NCBI GenBank assembly: GCA_963823555.1
Contig: CAWGMA010000002.1
Location: forward strand, 604,725 to 668,724
Source of the DNA: Candidatus Eiseniibacteriota bacterium
GTDB taxonomy: Bacteria > Eisenbacteria > RBG-16-71-46 > CAVPCR01
DNA: 64,000 bases
Direction of reading: 5' to 3'
Shown: positions 34,873-45,721 of the stretch, in pieces
Numbering within the stretch: position 1 is the first letter of the stretch
Layout of the letters: each line of letters begins with the position of its first letter
Notes under the pieces: generated by a model
Databases searched by the model: none
Told to the model about the DNA's origin: nothing
Seen by the model: the letters and a program-made list of their open reading frames with translations, nothing else
Program-made: the position numbers and the translations under genes

Positions 34873-35415
34873 ACAAGCCCAGGGTCGCCACGACATCGCT
34901 CTGCGGTTGCTTTGGTTGCCACATGTCACTGCTCGATCTCGACGAGCGCATCCTCGATCTGGCCGAGGTCGTGGCCTTCGACAAGTCGCCGATCAACGAC
35001 TTCAAGGATTTCACAGCGCCCTGCGCCGTCGGGTTGATCGAGGGTGGCTGCGCGAACGAGGAGAACGTCGAGGTCCTGCGCCGCTTCCGCGAGCACTGTG
35101 CCGTGCTGGTCTCGGTCGGGGACTGCGCGACCATGGGCGGGATTCCCGCTCTCAGGAACATGGTTCCACTCGCAGGAGTGCCTCGAGGAGGCCTACGTGC
35201 GCGGACCCTCCGTGCACAACCCCGGCGGTCTCGTCCCGAACGACCCCGAGCTCCCGCTCCTTCTCGACAAGGTCTACCCGGCGCACGAGGTGGTCAAGAT
35301 CGACTACCACCTGCCCGGATGTCCGCCGAGCGCTGAGACCCTGTGGCGGGCGCTCACGGCCTTGCTCGGCGGCGAAGCGGTCGAGCTGCCCTACGAGCTC
35401 ATCAAGTACGACTGA
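34869..35415 (+). CDS. hoxY: Hydrogenase small subunit, frameshift near 35172
   Basis: LCGCFGCHMS, EGGC, GDCA..GG, PGCPP. Confidence 0.88.
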
Positions 35416-35423
35416 GGTGTGCG

Positions 35424-36872
35424 ATGACCACGAACGCGAAGAACCGTGTCGTCATCGAACCCCTGACGCGCGTCGAGGGGCACGGTAAGGTCACGATCCT
35501 CCTCGACGAGGCCGGGCGCGTCGCGCAGGCGCGGCTCCACATCGTCGAGTTCCGCGGCTTCGAGCGCTTCATCCAGGGGCGGCCCTACTGGGAGATGCCG
35601 GTGGCGGTGCAGCGCCTTTGCGGCATCTGTCCGGTGAGTCATCACCTGTGCGCGGCCAAGGCCGTCGACCGCCTGGTGGGCGGTGAGCAGCTCACGCCGA
35701 CCGCCGAGAAGATGCGCCGGTTGATGCACTACGGGCAGATGTTGCAGTCCCATGCCCTGCACTTCTTCTACCTGGCCTCACCCGATCTCCTCTTCGGCTT
35801 CGGCTCCGACCCCGCCTTCCGCAACGTGATCGGCGTCGCCGCGAAGCACCCCGAGCTCGCCCGCCAGGGCATCCTGATGCGCCGGTACGGACAGGAGATC
35901 ATCCAGGCGACTGCGGGTAAGAAGATCCACGGCACCGGCGCCATCCCAGGCGGTATCAACAAGAACCTGTCGACCGCGGAGCGGGACGCGCTCTGCGCCG
36001 GCCTCGAGCCGATGCCGGCCTGGGCGCGCGACCGCGGTCGAGCTGGCGCGCGAGTACACGCTCTGCTCATCTGCGAGATGCTCGGCGAATTGCGGCTCTT
36101 CCCCTCGAACCACCTCTCGCTCGTGCGTGCTGACGGCGCGATGGACCTCTACGACGGCGGCCTGCGGGCGGTCGATCGCCGAGGGCAACATCGATCTTCG
36201 ATCACGTGGAGCCGCAGCATTATCTCGACCACATCGCCGAGGAAGTGCGGCCCTGGTCCTACATGAAGTTCCCGTTCCTCAAGGCTCTGGGCGCGGAGAA
36301 CGGATGGTACCGGGTCGGCCCGCTGGCGCGGGTCAGCGCCTGCGACTTCATCGACACGCCCGAGGCCGAGGCCGAACGGCAGGAGTTCAAGCGTGCGTTT
36401 CGGCGGCAAGCCGAGCCCGCTCACCATGGCTTACCACTGGGCGCGGATGATCGAGCTCCTGCACGCGGTCGAGAAGATCGAGGAGCTGCTCCACGATCCG
36501 GATCTGCAGGGCAACGATCTGGTGGTCGAGCGGAGAGCGGCGGCAGCGAGGCAGTGGCCGTCATCGAGGCACCGCGCGGGACGCTCTTCCATCACTACCG
36601 GGTGGACGAGAACGACCAGGTGACGATGGCGAACCTCATCGTCTCGACGACCAGCAACAACGAACCGATGAATCGCGCGGTGGCAAGCGTGGCCCGGCGG
36701 TATCCTGGATGGCCGGCAGATCACCGAGGGGCTGCTGAACCACGTCGAGGTGGCGATCCGGGCCTACGATCCCTGTCTCTCCTGCGCCACGCACGCCCTC
36801 GGGCAGATGCCCTTGGTAGTCGAGCTCGTCGACGCCGAGGGCAGGATCGTCGACCGGAGGACGAAGGATTGA
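35424..36872 (+). CDS. hoxH: [NiFe] hydrogenase large subunit, group 3d, several frameshifts
   Basis: [44 protein letters not shown] followed by a cleavable C-terminal extension. Confidence 0.9.
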
Positions 36873-37354
36873 CGGCACGGGTGCTGGTATACGGCTACGG
36901 CAACCCGGGCCGTGGTGACGACGGGCTCGGGCCGGCTCTGGTCCGAGAGCTGTGTGGTCACGAAATCGGAGACCGGGTGACGATGGAATCCGGGCTACCA
37001 GCTCGGGATCGAGGATGCCGCCCTCGTCGCCGAGCACGACGTCGTCGTCTTCGCCGACGCGGATCGCGGGATTCGGGCCCCTTTCGCGCTGCGCCGCCTC
37101 GAGCCGCGGTGCCGTGCGGAGTTCTCGACCCATGCGTTGGCGCCCGAGACCGTTCTCTCGCTCGCGCAGGAGCACTTCGGTGGTCCGACCGCGGGGTTCG
37201 TCCTGGGGATCCGGGGCTACGAGTTCAGCGAGTTCGGCGAGGAGCTGTCGCCGCCGAGCCCGGCGACAACCTGGTCGGCGCCGTCGACTTCATGACCGGC
37301 GCCTTGCGGAGCGGCGTGTTCGCCGGTGACGCCGCCGTCGACCAGGAGAGGTGA
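36869..37354 (+). CDS. hoxW: Hydrogenase maturation protease, frameshifted
   Basis: [37 protein letters not shown]. Confidence 0.8.
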   Translation: MTARVLVYGYGNPGRGDDGLGPALVRELCGHEIGDRVTMESGLPARDRGCRPRRRARRRRLRRRGSRDSGPFRAAPPRAAVPCGVLDPCVGARDRSLARAGALRWSDRGVRPGDPGLRVQRVRRGAVAAEPGDNLVGAVDFMTGALRSGVFAGDAAVDQER

Positions 37355-37359
37355 TCGCG

Positions 37360-37738
37360 ATGTCCGAGGGAAAGCCGATCGTCCTGTTCGTGGACGATGA
37401 TCCCGACTATCGCGAGGTCGTGCGCACACTGCTCGAGACCAACGGCTACGAGATGATCGAGGCGGCAAGCGGCGAGGAGGGGGTCGAGCTCTACAAGAAG
37501 AGGAGACCCGACCTCGTGATCGTCGACCTGATGATGGAGGAGGTCGACACCGGTACGAGCTTCGTCAAGGAGCTCCGCCTGCTGGGCAACGACCGCGCCG
37601 ATCTTCATGCTGAGCTCGGTGGGGGAGAACCTGAGCCTGACCGTGGACCCGGTGGCGCTGGGCCTCGCCGGCGTGTTCCAGAAGCCGATCGACAGCGCTA
37701 CCCTGCTCGGTGTGCTGAAGGCGCGTCTGGGCCGCTAA
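37360..37738 (+). CDS. Single-domain response regulator, frameshift near 37600
   Basis: LFVDDD, PDLVIVDLMM, then MLSSV...FQKP in the next frame. Confidence 0.8.
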
Positions 37739-37789
37739 CGGGGGAAGATCGGCTCATCGGGTCGCGCTCGGTCCGGGTGGATCCCGGCC

Positions 37790-39180
37790 CTACGCCTCGA
37801 GCGCCGGCAGCTCGACGAAGAAGGTGCTTCCCTTCCCGGGCTCGCTCTCGACCCCGACCCTCCCGCCATGGGCCTCGACGATCCGCTGCACGATCGAGAG
37901 GCCCAGGCCGCTGCCCTTGGCTCCACCCGCGCTGCCCTCCCTTGTGCGGAAGGCGCACGAACTCCTGGAAGAGCCGGGCCTGGTCCTCCCTGGCGATGCC
38001 GTTCCCGTTGTCGCTGACCTCGACGCGTACCATCGGCTCCCGGTACAGGAGGCGAACCACGATGTGTCCGCCCTCCGGCGTGTACTTGATGGCGTTCGTG
38101 ATGTAGTTGACGATCGCCTCTTGCAGGAGGCGCTCGTGCCCCAGCACCTGGGGCGCCGGGCGGAGATCTCGAGCTCCAGCCGGTGATGGCGAGCCTCGGC
38201 CATGTCCCTGTAATTCTCGACCAGGCGCGTGATCACCCGGAACAGATCGACCTTGGCGAACTGCGAGTTGATGAGGTCGGTCTCGAGCAGCGACAGGGTC
38301 TGGATGTTGATCATGAAATCGGTGAGATCGCCGAGCCGTTTCAGGCTGCGATCGAGCCAGTCGCGCTGCTTCTCGGTGATCGCTCCCGCCGCGCCCTCGC
38401 GCATGTTCTCGAGCAGCATGCTGACGGCGCCGACCGGGGCTCTGAGGTTGTGAGCCGCAATGTGAAGGAAGTCCTTGCGCTGCTGGGACAGCCGGCGCAG
38501 TTCCTCGTTGGCGAGGAGGATCCGCCGCTCCACGCTCCGCAGGGATCCCGTGAGTCCGAGCAGCAGGAACACGCTGGTCGAGAACAGCATGCCGTAGACC
38601 GCGACGAGCGTGAGCGCGTAGATGCCGGTGAGGGGTCCTTCCGGGCGGCGGCGCCGACGAGCAGCGGAGGGGTTGCCAGTCCCGACCACTCGACGACAAC
38701 GAGCAACACGAAGAGGGAATAGGCGACCGCCGAGAGCGCGATCGCCGCCCGGCGGGAGAGCAGGATCGAGCTCACCATCACGTGGAGCAGATAGAAGGTA
38801 GCGAACGGGGAACGGCCGCCCCCGACGAGCCACACCGCGACGGTCAGCGCCAGGAAATCGAGAATCACGGCGCCATAGGTCACTGCCAGGAGGCGTCGCG
38901 AAACCCACCACACTTCGGGATCCCGGTACCGGCGGAAGAAGGCCCAGGCCGCACTGTTGTAGAGCGCGATGCAGACGGCCAGGAGCACGAAGGCGTTCAC
39001 ATCGAACCGCTGCATGCGGAGCGCGTAACGGGCGAAGATCGATGCGAACAGGATGCCGACGGCGACCCGGGTGCGGACCCGCGTGTAAATGTAGAAGTTC
39101 CGCCCGATGATCGCGCTGTGATCGGGGAATGCGGTCCCCGGCGCCGGGACCATCCCGGATGGGTCGGATTGTTTCATCAT
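37790..39180 (-). CDS. Membrane sensor histidine kinase, frameshifted
   Basis: Multi-TM N-terminus (ORF 38341..39237), H-box [35 protein letters not shown]. Confidence 0.85.
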
Positions 39181-39251
39181 GTCGGGATGAGAATAGCAGC
39201 AAGCCCGGAGCGGGGGAATGCCGGATCCGTGGGACATCTTCCCGCCCGTCG

Positions 39252-39367
39252 TTACTGCAGCAGCAGCATCCTCCGCTGCGTCACCTCACCGCCCGCCCGC
39301 AGGCGATACCCCGGCTCACCCAGGCCATCCACAGTTCGTAGCCGTCCGGAATCTCACGCACCTCCAT
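39252..39367 (-). pseudogene. Remnant ending in the last strands of a FlgD/T9SS-like CTD
   Basis: Minus strand reads ...[18 protein letters not shown]-stop, like the YRLEAG..RAMVLIR end of gene 11317; there is no body upstream. Confidence 0.4.
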
Positions 39368-39375
39368 GTCCTCGA

Positions 39376-40092
39376 TCAATCGGCTGCCCGGCCGCCAAGC
39401 CGCGCGATCGCAGCGCGCGTGCCGCCGGGATCGTTAGTCAGGACCGCATCCACATCCATCTCGATGTAGCGCGGCAGCCGCCGGTTGAGATCCGGGTCGA
39501 GCGGACAGACGAGCTGCCCGCGCCGGTGGGCGAGGCGCACGTAGAAGGGATTCAGCTTGAGGAGCGTCCAGTAGGGCCCGAGAAGCTCGGTCGGCTGAGT
39601 CGGCAGCGGGTTGTGGATGGAGATATGACCGGTCGGGCACCCCGGGGCCACCGCCTTGAGCTGCTTCACGCGCTCGAGCTGGAACGAGATGGCGAAGACA
39701 GACCGCGCCCCGATGCGCTCGGCGATCGCTCCCGCCAGAGCTTGCGCCGCATCCGCGGTGGCGAATCGCGGATCCTTGAGCTCGAGGGCGAGGAGGATGC
39801 GCGGCGACATCCCGGCGAGGACCTCGGCGAGGGTCGGGATCCGCTCGTCGGGAAAGCGGTCGGCGAAGCGCGAGCGCACGCGCAGCGCCTGGATCTCGGC
39901 GAGCGTGACCGCGCTCACCGGCCGCGGATCGCCGGTCATGCGCTCGAGCGTCGCATCGTGATGGCAGACGAGGTGGCCGTCGGCCGTGAACCAGAGATCG
40001 GTCTCGATGATGTCGGCCCCGGCCTCGACCGCAAGCTGGAACGCGGCGGGCGTGTTCTCCGGCGCATGGTCGGAGTCGCCGCGATGGGCCAT
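39376..40092 (-). CDS. Glycerophosphodiester phosphodiesterase
   Basis: AHRG, PENT, IETDL, HDATL, LELK; start uncertain. Confidence 0.88.
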   Translation of the reverse strand: MAHRGDSDHAPENTPAAFQLAVEAGADIIETDLWFTADGHLVCHHDATLERMTGDPRPVSAVTLAEIQALRVRSRFADRFPDERIPTLAEVLAGMSPRILLALELKDPRFATADAAQALAGAIAERIGARSVFAISFQLERVKQLKAVAPGCPTGHISIHNPLPTQPTELLGPYWTLLKLNPFYVRLAHRRGQLVCPLDPDLNRRLPRYIEMDVDAVLTNDPGGTRAAIARLGGRAAD

Positions 40093-40397
40093 GACGTAGG
40101 GCCGCGGGCGGCCGGCGAGGGGATTGGGCTCGGTTCGGATCGGGGTCTCCCGGGTTCGGGTGACGGCGGCAGCCCGGCAAGGCTAGCCGATGCCCGCCCC
40201 GGCCGCCAGGAGTCGCGCGCGGGGGTTTGACAGCGATTTGACGACCAGTCACCGGCAGGCGGGATCGGAATCAAGGATGGGGGATTCCGGCCCGCGTCGG
40301 GTGGGGCGAGGGCCCCGCCGGGGGGCGCCGGGCCGGGACTTCTCCATCCGGGCGACCCCGTCGGGCGCCGCTCGAGGCATCACCGAGGAGGGAGAGG

Positions 40398-41105
40398 ATG
40401 ATCACGCTCAGACCGGCCGCCGAGCGGGGCGGCGCCGACCACGGCTGGCTCGACACCCGCCACACCTTCTCCTTCGCCGACTACCATGACCCGTCGCACA
40501 GGGGTTTTCGCGGGCTCCGCGTCATCAACGAGGACCGTGTCAAGCCCGGCACCGGTTTCGGCACGCATCCGCATCGCGACATGGAGATCATCACCTATCT
40601 CCTCTCGGGAGCGCTCGAGCACAAGGACTCGATGGGGAACGGATCGATCATCCGCCCGGGTGAGGTGCAGCGCATGAGCGCGGGCACCGGGGTCCTGCAC
40701 AGCGAGTTCAACCCGTCGCCCACCGATCCCGTGCATTTCCTCCAGATCTGGATCCTGCCGGCGAAGAAGGGGATCACACCGGGCTACGAGCAGAAGGCCT
40801 TTCCATCGTCGGAGCGGGAAGGAAAGCTGCGGCTCATCGCTGCCCGCGACGGCCATGCCGGCGCGATCACGATCAATGCCGACGCCGCCGTCCATGCCTC
40901 GCTCCTTGGTTCCGGCGCCGAGGTGCGGCACGAGCTCGCGAACGGACGTCACACCTGGGTGCATGTGGCCCGTGGTGCCATCGAGCTCAATGGAGTGGCC
41001 ATGGGCGCCGGGGATGGAGCGGCGATCTCGGATGAGACCACTCTCGTGCTGGCCGGGAGGGATGGCGAGACGCCGGCCGAGGTTCTGGTCTTCGATCTGG
41101 CCTAG
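40398..41105 (+). CDS. Pirin-family protein (YhhW-like)
   Basis: HTFSFADY, HPHRDMEI, MSAGTGVLHSE, LQIWI. Confidence 0.93.
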   Translation: MITLRPAAERGGADHGWLDTRHTFSFADYHDPSHRGFRGLRVINEDRVKPGTGFGTHPHRDMEIITYLLSGALEHKDSMGNGSIIRPGEVQRMSAGTGVLHSEFNPSPTDPVHFLQIWILPAKKGITPGYEQKAFPSSEREGKLRLIAARDGHAGAITINADAAVHASLLGSGAEVRHELANGRHTWVHVARGAIELNGVAMGAGDGAAISDETTLVLAGRDGETPAEVLVFDLA

Positions 41106-41221
41106 CGATCGGCCGGCTCCGGCGTCGCCTCAGCTGTGGACAGCGAAGGCTTGTCTGTTCGTGTTTTGCCTGCCATCCTATCCTCTCCACGGACGTTCTG
41201 CCCCCACGCCGGAGAGGATCC

Positions 41222-44200
41222 ATGCCCAGCCCCATGCTCCACGCCATGCTTCGCGCGGCCACCATGACCGCCATGGCCGCTGTCGTGCTCGCCGCCCCCG
41301 CCCCGGCCGCGGATCGGGATTTCGCCGCCATGGGTCCCGACCAGACGATCGCGGCCTTTCGGGTCGAATGCCTCTACGACAACGAGGCCGGAATGGTCAT
41401 GGGGGCTCGACTCCGCCACGGGCCGAGCGGCATGGTCCTCGACTGCCTCCGCATCCAGTCGGTACCGCAGGCCTTCATGTACGTGAACACGCCGCCCTCC
41501 TCCGATCGCGGTGAGCCCCACACCTGCGAGCACCTGCTCCTCGGCAAGGGCGTGCGGGGACGCGCCGTGGCCTCGCTCGAGGAGATGTCGCTCGGCACGA
41601 GCTCGGCCTTCACCATGCGGCTTCGTACCTGCTACCACTTCCACACCGCGGCCGGCGCCGAGACCTTCTACGATCTCCTCGAGGCCAAGCTCGCTGCTCT
41701 CGTCCATCCCGATTTCACCGACGAGGAGATCCGGCGCGAGGTCTGCAACATGGGTGTCGCCGTCGACCCGTCGACCGGGGACGTCCACCTCGAGGAGAAG
41801 GGAACCGTCTACAACGAGATGGTCTCGAGCTTCGAGCGCCCGTGGAGCCCTCTCATGCGCCAGCTGGAGCCGCTTCTCTACGGTGCGCGCCATCCGCTCG
41901 CGCTCTCCTCGGGGGGCTTTCCCGATTCGATCCGCACCATGGTCCCCGGGCACATGCGGGAATTCCTCGCCGACACGCATCGCCTGTCGAACATGGGCAT
42001 GATCGTGACCATCCCGGACGAGATCGCCCTCGACGATTGCCTCGAGCGCCTGAGCGCGATCCTCGCCCGGGTGGAACCGGAGGCCCGCCCCGGAGCCGAT
42101 CCGGCCACGGCCTACGATCGCCTGCCGTCCGCGAGGCCCGCCGCGCCGGGCGCGGTGCGCGTCGCCGAGTTCCCGCACCCGAATCCGAACGAGCCGGGGA
42201 TGATCCTTCTCGGCTGGGCGCCGCGGCTCGATCTCGACCTCGGGGAGGCCCTTCTCCTCGACCTTCTCGTGGGCAACCTGGCCGGCGGCGAGACCTCCGA
42301 TCTCTATCGCCGGTTCGTCGACTCGCAGACCCGGGGCATGGACACCGGGGCCACGGAGATCTTGAGCTGGACCACCGCATACCCGGGGCACCCCTTCTTC
42401 ATCGGTCTCGGCAATGTCCGCCCCGATGTGATGACACCCGAGAAGATCGAGGCGGTGCGGGAGGTCATCCTCGGTGAGCTGGCGCGGGTGGCCGACTTCG
42501 CCGATGGATCCCCAGAGCTTCGCGCCTACAACCAGCGGGCGCTAGGCCGCCTCATCGAGAGTCGCCGTTCCCTCCGCAAGTTCTTGAACTCACCACCCGG
42601 TTTCGGCGCCCGCAATCTCGGTGCCGCCTGGATGGAGCATCTCGACCACCTGGCCACGGCCGGCGGCGCTCGCCGTTCGCTGGCCATGCAGGAGCCATTC
42701 TCGGCCGTCGAGCAGCTGATCGCGTCTGATCGCAACTTCTGGCGGGAGCGCATCGCGGCCTGGCAGCTCGTGACGCGAACGCCGGCGGCGGTCGCCGTCA
42801 AGCCCAACCCGGAGATCCTGGCCCGCTCGGAGGCCGCTCGTGCCGACCGCATCGCCCGCTTCACCGCCGATCTCGAGCGCCGCTACGGAGTCGAGAGTCC
42901 CGAGGCGGCGATCGCGCACTTCCGGGAGGAGTATGATGCGGCCACCGCCGAGATCGACGCTGCGGCCGCGGACACCGCGCTGCCGCGCTTCATCGATCAG
43001 CCTCCGCTCACCCTCGATGACCTCCTGCGCTACGAGGTCGGGGAATTCCCCGGCGCGGATGGCGCCCCGCTCGTGACCTCGATCTTCGAGAACCTGAGCG
43101 GAGCCACGATCGGCATGGCGTTCCGTCTCGACGTGGTGCCGGAGTCGCTTCTCGTCTACGTGCCGGCGCTGCCCACGCTCCTGGCCGATGTCGGGGTGAT
43201 CCAGGATGGGAAACCCCTGACCTACGACGCGATGAAGGAGGCGATCCGCCGGGAGATCCTCGAGCTCACCACCTACTTCACGTCGGACCAGCGCACGGGA
43301 CGCACCGAGCTCGCCCTGAGGGCCGGAGGGACGGATATCGGCGAGACCGAGCGCGCGCTCGGATGGATGGGGGAGGCCCTGTTCGCGCCCGACTGGCGGG
43401 TCGAGAACCTGCCGCGGCTTCGTGACGTGGTGGACGGTGCGCTGGCCCGGGCCCGCGACCGCATGCACGAGTGGGAGGAGATGTGGGTGCGGGAGCCCTC
43501 CGACGGCTACCGCCAGCAGGACGATCCGCTCTTCCTCCACGCGCAGTGCTTCCTCACCCAGGAGCATGCGCTGCACCGGCTGCGCTGGCTTCTCAAGGAC
43601 CCGGGCGCCGCCGAGGAGCTCGCCGCGACCAGGGGATTTCTGATGGATGTCGCGGATTTCGGCGAGATGAGCGATCGCGCCGGGCTTGTGGCCCTGGCCA
43701 CGGCACTCGCCGACAGCGCGGCCGGCGTCGATCTGTCTCCGGCGGCGGGCCGGCTGGTCACGGCGGCGGCGGCGCTCCCCGTCGCGAGCCGGGAGGCGAT
43801 CGCGGCGGCGGCACGGGATCTCAGGCAGAGCCTCCCTGCGCTTCCCGAGGAGACCCTGGCGCAGGACTGGAGCTATCTCTGCGCGCAGATGGCGGCGGAC
43901 CTCGCCGTACCACCGGCAACGGCATTGGCGGCGCTCGCCCAGGTCAGGAACCTCATCCTGCGCGCGGACAACCTGCGGGGTTTCCTGGTGGCGAGCACGA
44001 GGACGGCCGCCGAGCTCGAGCCCAGCATGGCGGCCCTGGCCGCCCGTCTGGGCCGCGAACCGGCGGTGCGGCAGACCTACGGCGCGCAGCCCCGGGTCGC
44101 TCTCCGTGCCGGCGACCGCATCCCGGAGCTGGCCGTGGCCGGGGAGAAGGGCGGCCCGCCTCCGACCACGGTCGGACTCCTGAATGAGAGCACGCGGAAC

Positions 44201-44884
44201 GGGGTCGTGATGAACAGCGCCCCGGCGCCGAGCTACTTCGAGACCGACCGCGCCTCGCTCCTCAACTTTCTGGCCTCGCGACTCTATGCCGGCGGCGGCG
44301 CCCACAGTCTCTTCATGCGCACCTGGGGCGCCGGGCTCGCCTACTCGAACGGGGTGGGCTCGAGCGAGAGCCAGGGGCGGATCATGTACTACGCCGAGCG
44401 CTGTCCCGATCTCGCCCAGACCGTTCGCTTCGTGGTGGATGAGCTTGAGAACGCGCCCGCCGACACGTCGCTTGCCGAGTACTCGCTGGCGCAGGCTTTC
44501 TCCTCCGATCGCGGTGCTCAGCGCTACGAGCAGCGAGGCGAGGCGATGGCGGCCGACTTGACCGACGGCGTGACACCCGAGGTCGTGCGCGATTTCCGCA
44601 CCGCGCTCCTCGATCTCCGCTCCGACCCCGATCTCTACGGCGAGTTGCGGGCGCGAATGGAGTCCGTCTACGGGAAGGTGTTGCCCGGGGTGGGGGAGGC
44701 CGGAGTGCCCGCGCCGGGCGCCGGGCAGTCCTTCATCATCGGGCCGGAGAAGCAGTTCCAGTCGTATGACGGATACCTGAAGGGAGTCGCGGGGGAGACG
44801 GTCCGCCTCTACCGTCTCTATCCCCGCGACTTCTGGATCACGCGTCCACAGACAGGCAACGCGCACCCAAGAACGAGAATCTGA
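41222..44884 (+). CDS. M16C (PreP-like) metallopeptidase with signal peptide
   Basis: Inverted zinc motif HTCEH, KGTVYNEM, SGGFP..I, GLAY near the C-terminus; AxA leader. Confidence 0.75.
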   Translation: MPSPMLHAMLRAATMTAMAAVVLAAPAPAADRDFAAMGPDQTIAAFRVECLYDNEAGMVMGARLRHGPSGMVLDCLRIQSVPQAFMYVNTPPSSDRGEPHTCEHLLLGKGVRGRAVASLEEMSLGTSSAFTMRLRTCYHFHTAAGAETFYDLLEAKLAALVHPDFTDEEIRREVCNMGVAVDPSTGDVHLEEKGTVYNEMVSSFERPWSPLMRQLEPLLYGARHPLALSSGGFPDSIRTMVPGHMREFLADTHRLSNMGMIVTIPDEIALDDCLERLSAILARVEPEARPGADPATAYDRLPSARPAAPGAVRVAEFPHPNPNEPGMILLGWAPRLDLDLGEALLLDLLVGNLAGGETSDLYRRFVDSQTRGMDTGATEILSWTTAYPGHPFFIGLGNVRPDVMTPEKIEAVREVILGELARVADFADGSPELRAYNQRALGRLIESRRSLRKFLNSPPGFGARNLGAAWMEHLDHLATAGGARRSLAMQEPFSAVEQLIASDRNFWRERIAAWQLVTRTPAAVAVKPNPEILARSEAARADRIARFTADLERRYGVESPEAAIAHFREEYDAATAEIDAAAADTALPRFIDQPPLTLDDLLRYEVGEFPGADGAPLVTSIFENLSGATIGMAFRLDVVPESLLVYVPALPTLLADVGVIQDGKPLTYDAMKEAIRREILELTTYFTSDQRTGRTELALRAGGTDIGETERALGWMGEALFAPDWRVENLPRLRDVVDGALARARDRMHEWEEMWVREPSDGYRQQDDPLFLHAQCFLTQEHALHRLRWLLKDPGAAEELAATRGFLMDVADFGEMSDRAGLVALATALADSAAGVDLSPAAGRLVTAAAALPVASREAIAAAARDLRQSLPALPEETLAQDWSYLCAQMAADLAVPPATALAALAQVRNLILRADNLRGFLVASTRTAAELEPSMAALAARLGREPAVRQTYGAQPRVALRAGDRIPELAVAGEKGGPPPTTVGLLNESTRNGVVMNSAPAPSYFETDRASLLNFLASRLYAGGGAHSLFMRTWGAGLAYSNGVGSSESQGRIMYYAERCPDLAQTVRFVVDELENAPADTSLAEYSLAQAFSSDRGAQRYEQRGEAMAADLTDGVTPEVVRDFRTALLDLRSDPDLYGELRARMESVYGKVLPGVGEAGVPAPGAGQSFIIGPEKQFQSYDGYLKGVAGETVRLYRLYPRDFWITRPQTGNAHPRTRI

Positions 44885-44927
44885 TGGCGCTTGCCGGCTG
44901 CGCCGGCTGCCGGTCCCGGCTGCTTCG

Positions 44928-45608
44928 TCAGGCCGTCACCTTCTTCTGCGCCTCGAGCACCGCGGCCAGGAAGCGGGATTCTCCCTGCGCGCCGAGGAGC
45001 TCGACCCGGTCGTTGATCACGATCTTCGGCACCCCGGAGATGTCGTAGCGCCGCACGAGATCAGGGAACTCGCTCGCTTCGACCACATCCGCCGTCACTC
45101 GCTCGCTCTCGATCGCGAACTGATGAGCCAGGCGCGCCGCGCCCGGGCAGTGCGGTCAGGTGGGGGTGACGAAGACCTGGATGTGGACGTCCTCCTTGAG
45201 TCCGGCAAGTGTCTCCCGGGTCTCCGGAGTGAGGGTGGTCGTCCCGCTGGAGACCTCGACCAGGTCCTGGACCAGGCTTGCGAACTCGTAGCCGCTGGGG
45301 ATTCCGATGTAGCGCACCCGCCCCTTGGCCGCTCCCTTGAGCGTGAAGGCCGGAATGTGGTCGATGCCCTCGGCCCGGGCCGCGGCCTCGTCGGCCACGA
45401 AGTCCCGTACCTCGAGCTGGATCGAGTCGGAGAGCGATGCCACCTCGGTCAGGAGCTCGCGCGTCTCCTTGCAGGTCATGCACTCCTGGATCGGCAGGAT
45501 GATCTTGGATTCGCGTTGCGTGTAGAGCTCGATCGTGACCGGTGCGGTCAGGTTCTTGTCAAAGTGGTCCTTGAGGAGCTGGGTCTCCCGGGTCGGGATC
45601 AGGTTCAT
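44928..45608 (-). CDS. Selenocysteine-containing protein disulfide oxidoreductase (two thioredoxin folds, AhpF-NTD-like)
   Basis: In-frame TGA at 45156-45158 gives FVTPT-U-PHC. The frame continues ...EFPDLVRRYDISGVPKIVIN..LGAQGE to a stop at 44928. N-terminal CMTC; SECIS-like hairpin follows the TGA. Confidence 0.9.
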
Positions 45609-45721
45609 GGTTCTCTCCCTCCACCTGGTGAGAGCCAGGATGCCGGATGGAGGGTTCAGGCGGGGAGCGGGTCCGCCGACTTCAGCTAGAGCACGCTCCC
45701 GCCGGAGATTGCGCGTTCGCC

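Noticed and set aside
35424-36872. [NiFeSe] hydrogenase, given Sec use nearby
   Set aside because: The C-terminal motif is DPCLSCATH with Cys codons and no UGA.
32358-39180. Programmed frameshifting or true pseudogenes in hox and the kinase
   Set aside because: Indels are scattered, with no slippery-site pattern I could see, and catalytic motifs are intact; sequencing error is more likely.
42590-44866. Long antisense ORFs (also 3455..5215, 28319..30169, 32241..33989)
   Set aside because: Expected shadows of real genes in high-GC DNA; no recognisable motifs.
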